A stretch of 64,000 bases of DNA. Source: Candidatus Magasanikiibacteriota bacterium (GTDB lineage Bacteria; Patescibacteriota; Patescibacteriia; Magasanikbacterales; UBA922). The notes beneath the pieces were generated by a model. It was not told where the DNA came from. It made no database searches and worked only from the letters and a program-made list of their open reading frames with translations. Where the stretch lies: positions 128,691 to 192,690 of the forward strand of contig JBAYJP010000002.1 in NCBI GenBank assembly GCA_041665025.1. The letters are read 5' to 3'. The translations under genes and the position numbers were made by a program. Shown here one piece after another: positions 57,509-64,000 of this stretch. The stretch's first letter is position 1, and every line of letters begins with the position of its first letter.

Positions 57509-57604
57509 TTATTTGTTTCTTTTTATAAACATAAAGAAGAACACAGCAATTCCAGCTATTGTCATCGCACCAATCGAAATGATAATACCCAGAAGTCCTT
57601 CCAT
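57509..57604 (-). CDS. Small single-TM protein (31 aa), not in ORF track
   Basis: MEGLLGIIISIGAMTIAGIAVFFFMFIKRNK, ends 5 nt before the rmuC start. Confidence 0.45.
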   Translation of the reverse strand: MEGLLGIIISIGAMTIAGIAVFFFMFIKRNK

Positions 57605-57723
57605 AGTGCGTGTATTATAGCACAAACAAAAAATCCGCCCAGGGCGGATGATTTGTCCTTTCTTTGGCCAAAAGGTTGGGTGCCAGTTTTACGTGATGGC
57701 GCACGCGAGAGACGAACTCGCTA

Positions 57724-58146
57724 TTATTCGTCATCCTCCTTAAGCCTGAACCAACTGGCAGGCGTCATAAAATCTTCACTGCCCTTGAACCAGACAGCGT
57801 ATCCTCCTCGGCACCCTCCCACCCACCCAGATTTATCGACAACGAGCTGGCGGTCTGGCCCCGCATTTGTCAGTTGACTCACTCTGACTATGAAGTCGAC
57901 CGTGGCTTGATCAGGGTGGTGTTCGTTTGTGACCAGACATTCACCTACTCTGAAAGGTGCGAAGAAGTTGGCTACCAGTTGGAAAATGCGTTTTCGTTCC
58001 ACAGCAAGTGTCGCAAGAGCCAAGATCGCTATTCCCAATCCGATGGCTCGCGGCAGTGGAAGCATCAGTCCCAGGAACGAGCCGATAAATGTCCAGAAGC
58101 ACACCATGAACAAGTGAACCACAAAACGTTTTTCCGACTTCTTCAT
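57724..58146 (-). CDS. Orphan membrane protein
   Basis: Two N-terminal TM helices; G-rich RBS AGGGGG; divergent from TrmB. Confidence 0.6.
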   Translation of the reverse strand: MKKSEKRFVVHLFMVCFWTFIGSFLGLMLPLPRAIGLGIAILALATLAVERKRIFQLVANFFAPFRVGECLVTNEHHPDQATVDFIVRVSQLTNAGPDRQLVVDKSGWVGGCRGGYAVWFKGSEDFMTPASWFRLKEDDE

Positions 58147-58359
58147 GGTACCCCCTATGGTTTGGGTGATCCGCATACTTCGTAGGAAATTACTTTTCCT
58201 CGAAGTGGGTTATGATCTTCTTTTTATATATATTTGTCAATATGTATTCATAATTAATTTATATATATTTATTTAAATTTAGATATTTTTTTAATAAATT
58301 TATAAATATGTAAACATATATTGACATAATTTACTTATTATTATATACTGATTTTTAGT

Positions 58360-59160
58360 ATGATTGAACAACTAAAAAATTTAGGTTTGGAAGAAAGCGA
58401 GGTTCAAGTTTATTTAGCCTTGCTTGAGCTTGGGCCCTCCAATGTGAGTGAAATTACTAAAAAGGCCGGTGTCACCCGAACTCTTGGCTATCATGTGCTT
58501 GAAAAATTAGGATGGTATGGACTCGTGGATCAAACCTCAAGCAAAGGAAAGAAAAAAATTTATTCTGCTCAACATCCGCATCGTTTACTTCAATTTGTTA
58601 AAAATAAAAAAAATGTATGGGATAGGAAAGTCAAGGATATAGAAAGCTACTTGCCAAATTTGGTTTCTTTATATAAAATTGCTGACAAGCCAACAGTCCG
58701 GTATCAAATGGGAGACGAAGGGCTAAAAAATATTTATATTGAAAATTTGGAATCAAAAACAGAGATATTATCTATCCTGGATGTTGACGGATGGGACGTG
58801 CCAGAATTTAGACAATTTGGAAAATGGTATATTAGAGAACGTGTTAAGAGAAAGATCCCAGAGAGAATTTTGATGCTCGAACGTGAGTCTGTTCATGAAT
58901 ATTACAATGATCCTTCCAAACTTACTGACTACAAGTGGATTAAATTTTCGCAATTACCTGGGATTTTAGATTTGGGTGGAGAAATTAATATATTTGAGAA
59001 TAAAGTGCTCATTGCAATAACAAAAAAGCCTAATAGGATGGGAATTTTGATTGAAAGTGAAGTTTTGGCGAATTTAATCAGAGCAATGTTCGAACTTGCT
59101 TGGCAAGTTGGTATTCCTGCAGACAGGAAAAGAAAAAAAGTTTTACGTAAAACAAAGTAA
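58360..59160 (+). CDS. TrmB-family HTH transcriptional regulator
   Basis: LKNLGLEESEVQVYLALLELG...TRTLGYHVLEKL; PTVRYQMG; MFELAW. Confidence 0.85.
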   Translation: MIEQLKNLGLEESEVQVYLALLELGPSNVSEITKKAGVTRTLGYHVLEKLGWYGLVDQTSSKGKKKIYSAQHPHRLLQFVKNKKNVWDRKVKDIESYLPNLVSLYKIADKPTVRYQMGDEGLKNIYIENLESKTEILSILDVDGWDVPEFRQFGKWYIRERVKRKIPERILMLERESVHEYYNDPSKLTDYKWIKFSQLPGILDLGGEINIFENKVLIAITKKPNRMGILIESEVLANLIRAMFELAWQVGIPADRKRKKVLRKTK

Positions 59161-59161
59161 T

Positions 59162-59398
59162 GCCTCCATAGTTCAACGGATAGAACAGGCCCGTCCTACC
59201 TGCCCGCCATGGCCAGAGCCCCCGTAGTTCAACGGATAGAACAGATCCGTCCTAAGGATAAAATATATGTTCAATTCATATCGGGGGTACTGGCGATGGC
59301 AGGCGGGAGGACAAAATGTATGTTCAATTCATATCGGGGGTACTGGCGATGGCAGGCGGGAGGACAAAATGTATGTTCAATTCATACTGGGGGTACCA
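59162..59398 (+). pseudogene. Split outer tRNA-Arg(CCT) enclosing a second copy and a 53-bp tandem duplication
   Basis: 5' half 59162-59198 (GCCTCCA...CCTA); 3' half 59361-59398 (...TGGGGGT-A-CCA). Confidence 0.7.
59218..59289 (+). tRNA. tRNA-Arg(CCT), inner intact copy
   Basis: GCCCCCG/CGGGGGT acceptor stem, ATCC-gt-CCT-aa-GGAT anticodon arm, ATATG-ttcaatt-CATAT T arm. Confidence 0.75.
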
Positions 59399-59595
59399 GT
59401 CTTCGCCTTCGTTCCTCAGGCTACGCCTGGCAAACTAAATTTATATTTGTGTAGACAGAAGTTGAAACTATCTAAAAGTACACAATATCGTATACAAAAT
59501 CCGGGCTTCGCTAAGCTACGCCGGACAAGCTAATATCTAATATAGATCGACTTGTCTGGTGTAATAAAGTGTAGCCGGGATTTTTTGTATAGAAA

Positions 59596-59611
59596 TGTTC
59601 TACGTGGAACA
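59596..59611. promoter_or_regulatory. parS site
   Basis: TGTTCTACGTGGAACA, close to consensus TGTTTCACGTGAAACA; near the origin. Confidence 0.7.
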
Positions 59612-59760
59612 GGCGAAGTTGAAAGTTGTAAAGTAAAAAGTTATAAAGTTTTAAAGTACCAATTTTTGAAGATCTTTATTTAATAGTGTGTTTTAATAAA
59701 AAGGAAAAGCATCAAAAGAGATTAAAATTTATCATTTTATAACTTTAAAACTACGGACTT

Positions 59761-59776
59761 TGTTTCACGGGGAACA
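59761..59776. promoter_or_regulatory. parS site
   Basis: TGTTTCACGGGGAACA. Confidence 0.7.
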
Positions 59777-59951
59777 TATATTGATATTTTTATGTTGCAA
59801 ATATATGTATTTATAATAAAATAGCTAATTTATATATAAATATGATGTCGTACAATATATAGAATGGGAAAATAAGGTCTTTAAAATAAAATACTATAAT
59901 TTTGACATATCCCAAAGGAGTTGTTATAATTTGGCTCGATAACATAAAATA

Positions 59952-60025
59952 GGGCCGTTAGCTCAGCTGGCTAGAGCGTCGCGATGGCATCGCGAAGGTC
60001 GCTGGTTCAAGCCCAGTACGGTCCA
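59952..60025 (+). tRNA. tRNA-Ala(GGC)
   Basis: GGGCCGT/ACGGTCC with G3:U70; TCGCG-at-GGC-at-CGCGA anticodon arm. Confidence 0.93.
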
Positions 60026-60101
60026 CAAAAGGATTCCCTAAGCGTGGGGTCCTTTATTGTATATTGCGCATGTAGAATGTCTGTGGTACAATTTACCACA
60101 T

Positions 60102-60767
60102 ATGGATAGCTCTACAAAAAATCAAATTATAGAAATGAGGGAGAATGGAAATACATATTCTGAAATTAAAATGAAACTTGGCATACATATACCCAAAGGC
60201 ACTATTTCTTATATCTGTAAAAATGTCCAATTACCTAAAGGATATAAAGAAAAAGTTAAATTAATTAATGAAAAAAATTTATCAATCGCCCGAAGAAAGG
60301 CTTTGCAAGTAAATCAGGAAAAACAGAGAGAACTGTTACAAAATTTTTATATAAAAAATATAGGATTGAAAAAATTAATTGATAAAGATATTTCTAAATT
60401 GTTGCTCGCCTGTCTTTATTTAGCTGAAGGGGGTAAAACCCAAAAAGGATCAATAATGTTTGGAAATTCTGATAAACATATAATTAGTTTTTTTTTAAAA
60501 CTCTTGAGGGAGGCCTATTCGATTGATGAGAAAAAGTTTCGGTGTACTCTCCAATGTAGAGGAGACCAGGATATCAGGGTGTTGGAAAATTTTTGGTCGG
60601 CAGTTACTCAAATTCCCTTGAAACAATTTTATAAAGCACAGATTGACAGCAGAACCCTTGGAAAAAAGACAAATAAAGTAGAATATAAAGGCGTATGTAG
60701 GATAGATTATTTTTCTGCCAATATATTTCATGAATTGAATATAATCGGGAAAATAATTACTGAATAA
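60102..60767 (+). CDS. HTH + LAGLIDADG-like protein adjacent to a tRNA
   Basis: G.TYSEI HTH; LYLAEGGK...F.NSD...FFLKLL; FWS. Confidence 0.7.
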   Translation: MDSSTKNQIIEMRENGNTYSEIKMKLGIHIPKGTISYICKNVQLPKGYKEKVKLINEKNLSIARRKALQVNQEKQRELLQNFYIKNIGLKKLIDKDISKLLLACLYLAEGGKTQKGSIMFGNSDKHIISFFLKLLREAYSIDEKKFRCTLQCRGDQDIRVLENFWSAVTQIPLKQFYKAQIDSRTLGKKTNKVEYKGVCRIDYFSANIFHELNIIGKIITE

Positions 60768-60778
60768 AAAGTTTATTT

Positions 60779-61732
60779 ATGAAATTTACACAAAAATATT
60801 TTGGTTTGATTATCATTTTTTCTTTAGTTATCGGGCTTCTGTGTAAAAGCCCCGGTTTATTCTTTAAAGAACATCTAATTCTTATACTTGGCGTCATGAT
60901 GGCCTTGAGTAGTTTGAAAATTGACATGCGAGAATTAAAACATGTTCGGAGTGAGTGGTGGAAATATGTTGTAGTGCTTGTGTGTGTCTTTGGTTTATTC
61001 CCTTTGCTCTCGTTATTGGTCCGTCCATTTTTAAATGATCAATACTATATAGGTTTGCTGCTAGTTGTTGCAGTTCCTTGTGCGGTCTCTGTCGTTTTTC
61101 TATCTGATTTTCTGGGAGGAGACCCTTCCAAAGCTTTGGTTTCAACAACACTTGCACATTTGTTCAGTCCATTTGTTATGCCATTTATTATATGGATGCT
61201 TGCGCATAAGGATATTGGAGTAGACGTTATTGGAATGATGTGGTTTATTGCAAAAATAATTATTATTCCATTTGTTATTGCCCAGATAATTCGTACTCAG
61301 AAAAAATGGCATGACACGTTAGTTCCTTTTTCGAATTCGGTAAATACCTATCTATTGTTCATACTTATCTGGGGTATGACGGCGCCAGTGTCTCATTTGT
61401 TATTTACCAATGCAAAACAAGTGTTGATAATGCTTGTCATTAGTATTTTCATTGTATGTATTGCGGTATGTGTTGCTTTTGTGTTTGGTAGAAATAAAAA
61501 AGAACGTATTACCTGGGCAATATGTATGATGTATCGAAATTTGGGATTGTCTTCAGCTATTGCATTTACTATGTTTAATTCAACGGTCGCACTTGTGCCA
61601 GTGGTGTATACGTTTGTAGGAAATGCGGCGATTGCTATAATGCAATGGAAAACGGGAAAAAACGTCGAAGGCGGGTCTTTAAAATTTCAGAAAATTTTTA
61701 AATTTGTACATTCAAAATTGTTTAAAAATTAA
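60779..61732 (+). CDS. Bile acid:sodium symporter family transporter
   Basis: GLLLV..VP.AVS......LGGD, RNLGL motifs; multiple TM helices. Confidence 0.85.
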   Translation: MKFTQKYFGLIIIFSLVIGLLCKSPGLFFKEHLILILGVMMALSSLKIDMRELKHVRSEWWKYVVVLVCVFGLFPLLSLLVRPFLNDQYYIGLLLVVAVPCAVSVVFLSDFLGGDPSKALVSTTLAHLFSPFVMPFIIWMLAHKDIGVDVIGMMWFIAKIIIIPFVIAQIIRTQKKWHDTLVPFSNSVNTYLLFILIWGMTAPVSHLLFTNAKQVLIMLVISIFIVCIAVCVAFVFGRNKKERITWAICMMYRNLGLSSAIAFTMFNSTVALVPVVYTFVGNAAIAIMQWKTGKNVEGGSLKFQKIFKFVHSKLFKN

Positions 61733-61758
61733 AAATTCTAAATTTAAAATTAATCTTT

Positions 61759-62862
61759 ATGTTATCTATTGGAATAGTTGGGCTGCCAAACGTAGGGAAG
61801 TCAACATTGTTTAATGCGTTAACGCGTAGTAAGCAAGCCGATGCACAGAATTATCCTTTTTGTACCATTGAGCCAAATGTGGGTGTTGTTGAGGTGCCTG
61901 ACGATAGATTACAAAAATTATCTGATGTCTCTAACTCAAAAAAAATAATTCCAACCGCGATTCAGTTTGTTGACATCGCTGGTCTTGTTAAGGGTGCATC
62001 TGAGGGGCAAGGCTTGGGGAATCAATTTTTGTCTCACATACGCGAATGCGATGCCGTAGTACAGGTGGTGCGTTCATTTGAAGATGGAAATATTATTCAC
62101 GTAAACAATCGCGTGAATCCAAAAGAGGACGCAGACGTGATTAATTTAGAATTAATTCTTGCTGATTTGCAAACTGTTAGTAAGCGACATGACAACGCAA
62201 AACGAAATGCAAAGGGCGTTATTGAAAAAAAGACTAAGATTGAAATTGAAGTTTTGGAAAAAATAAAAATTCAGTTGGAAACTGAAAAACCAGCGCGTCT
62301 GTTGGAATTTAGTGAAGATGAGATTGAGGTTGTGCGTGATTTGCATTTGATAACCATGAAACCCATGCTTTATGTTTTGAATGTTGATGAACGAATAACG
62401 AACAATGAACAACTAACAACGAGCAGCGAATTTGAAAATAAATTGGAGTTGGCTGATGGTCGTTCGTTGATTGTTGTCAGTGCGAAGCTAGAATCAGAAT
62501 TGGCCGAGCTAAGTCCCGATGATGCGAAGGAATATATGAAAGAATTGGGTATGACAGAGACAGGATTGGATAAATTAATCGTAGCAGGGTACAAGCTGTT
62601 GGATTTGGTAACATATTTTACATCTGGCGAACCAGAGACGCGTGCGTGGACAGTAAAACAGGGGACGTGCGGACCTGACGCAGCTGGTGTCATTCATACA
62701 GATTTTATAAAAGGATATATAAAGGCAGATGTGGTGAATTGGAAAGATTTTGTTGAGGCCGGCGGGTGGAATAAGATAAAGGAAACAGGCAAAATGAAAT
62801 TGGTGGGAAAGGATTATGTCGTGGAGGATGGAGATGTGTGTTACTTTCATATAAGTACGTAA
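61759..62862 (+). CDS. ychF: Redox-regulated ATPase YchF
   Basis: GIVGLPNVGKSTLFN, NYPFCTIEPN, DIAGLVKGAS.G.GLGN.FL. Confidence 0.96.
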   Translation: MLSIGIVGLPNVGKSTLFNALTRSKQADAQNYPFCTIEPNVGVVEVPDDRLQKLSDVSNSKKIIPTAIQFVDIAGLVKGASEGQGLGNQFLSHIRECDAVVQVVRSFEDGNIIHVNNRVNPKEDADVINLELILADLQTVSKRHDNAKRNAKGVIEKKTKIEIEVLEKIKIQLETEKPARLLEFSEDEIEVVRDLHLITMKPMLYVLNVDERITNNEQLTTSSEFENKLELADGRSLIVVSAKLESELAELSPDDAKEYMKELGMTETGLDKLIVAGYKLLDLVTYFTSGEPETRAWTVKQGTCGPDAAGVIHTDFIKGYIKADVVNWKDFVEAGGWNKIKETGKMKLVGKDYVVEDGDVCYFHIST

Positions 62863-62946
62863 CACGTATCACATAGCACATAACATTTACAAATTTTATA
62901 ATCTTCTAGTCTTACAATCTTTTAATCTTTCAATCCTCGTCAAGAT

Positions 62947-63960
62947 ATGAACCAAGTCGTGCATATTGCGAATAAAAAAGATTTTTTAAAAATGCGTTTT
63001 TTAATTACGCAGTATATTCGTGAGTTTTTTTGGTCAGAAGGTTTTCTCGAGGTGGAGACGCCAAGTATTTTGAAAACATCTGGGCAAGAACCAAACATAC
63101 AAGCAATGAAAGTTGTCGCGCATAATGAACGGCACGAATCTTTTCAAGGGTATTTGGCAACATATCCCGAATATACCATGAAAAAAATGATTGTGGCTGG
63201 GTTTGATAAGATATTTACGATTTGCAAAGCATTTCGAGATCATGAAAGTTTTGGTGGCACACATAATCCAGAGTTTACGATTATTGAATGGTATCGTAAC
63301 GGCAAAGATTTTTTTGCACTTATGGATGACATGGAGCACATGTTTCACTTTATTGCGAGACGTTTGGAAGAACAAGGATATCCTGTGCCGGCAAATTTAA
63401 AACAATCGTGGAAACGAAGTCCTATACCAGGATTATGGAAACAATATGCTGAAGTAAATCTTGATAATTATTTAGATAAAGATTCAATGTATCAATTGTG
63501 TGTAGAAAAGGGTTACAAGCCAGAAGCAGGCGAGAGCTATGAGGAATTATTTTATCGAATATTTTTAAATCATATTGAAAAGCACTTGGGGAATGACGGC
63601 CCAGAAATTATTTATCATTATCCTGCGCTCATGGCATCTCTGTCAAAACGATCAACTCGAGCCCCAGGGTATGCAGAGCGTTTTGAAGCATATTATAATA
63701 ATATCGAAATTGCGAATGGTTTTACCGAGCTTACGGACGCCGATGAACAGTTGAAACGTCTTGAAGCGGATAAAACAGAGCGTGCCCGGCTCAAATTAGA
63801 TGACTATGAAATTGACAATGAGTTCATCGATGCCGTGCACCAGCTTCCTGAATGCACGGGAAACTCTATGGGAATTGATCGTATTGTGCAGGTATTCACG
63901 GGTTGCAAAAATATAGATAATGTGATAGCATTGCCGATGTCTAGGATCTTTAATTCCTAA
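62947..63960 (+). CDS. epmA: EF-P lysine aminoacylase (EpmA/GenX), LysRS catalytic-domain paralog
   Basis: FLEVETP, PEY.MKK, FR..E...HNPEFT..EWY, AERFE, EIANGF.EL, GIDR; no anticodon-binding domain. Confidence 0.85.
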   Translation: MNQVVHIANKKDFLKMRFLITQYIREFFWSEGFLEVETPSILKTSGQEPNIQAMKVVAHNERHESFQGYLATYPEYTMKKMIVAGFDKIFTICKAFRDHESFGGTHNPEFTIIEWYRNGKDFFALMDDMEHMFHFIARRLEEQGYPVPANLKQSWKRSPIPGLWKQYAEVNLDNYLDKDSMYQLCVEKGYKPEAGESYEELFYRIFLNHIEKHLGNDGPEIIYHYPALMASLSKRSTRAPGYAERFEAYYNNIEIANGFTELTDADEQLKRLEADKTERARLKLDDYEIDNEFIDAVHQLPECTGNSMGIDRIVQVFTGCKNIDNVIALPMSRIFNS

Positions 63961-64000
63961 ACTCGAAACCCTAAATTCTAAACAAATTCGAATTACCAAA

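Noticed and set aside
59209-59533. ORFs with a repeated MFNSYRGYWRWQAGG peptide; also a possible CRISPR array
   Set aside because: Read-through of tRNA sequence and a 53-bp tandem duplication; no unique spacers and no cas genes in the window.

Overview
Low-GC bacterial chromosome segment spanning the replication origin (dnaN-oriC-dnaA-rpmH-rnpA-yidD). The gene set, SD-less housekeeping genes, type IV pilus operon and tRNA-adjacent LAGLIDADG-like gene suggest a Patescibacteria/CPR genome (inference). The main accessory region (about 4.07-17.46 kb) hangs off the 3' end of tRNA-Gly(TCC). A large serine recombinase gene runs antisense into that tRNA. It is followed by a tandem series of integrase-less units separated by four related att-like junctions (core GCTC). 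Read on the minus strand, the left arms of these junctions encode alternative recombinase C-termini, suggesting an integron-like, tRNA-anchored cassette array. One cassette holds two GC-rich genes (HD-domain phosphohydrolase, MYG1-family exonuclease), each with a structured leader, a strong SD and a 3' UTR ending in a complete type III hammerhead ribozyme. Similar solo GC-rich, SD-led orphan genes occur elsewhere, three orphans sit head-to-head with TrmB-like regulators, and there are several unexplained structured RNAs and duplicated or nested tRNAs. All calls come from manual reading of the sequence; no database searches or folding programs were run.
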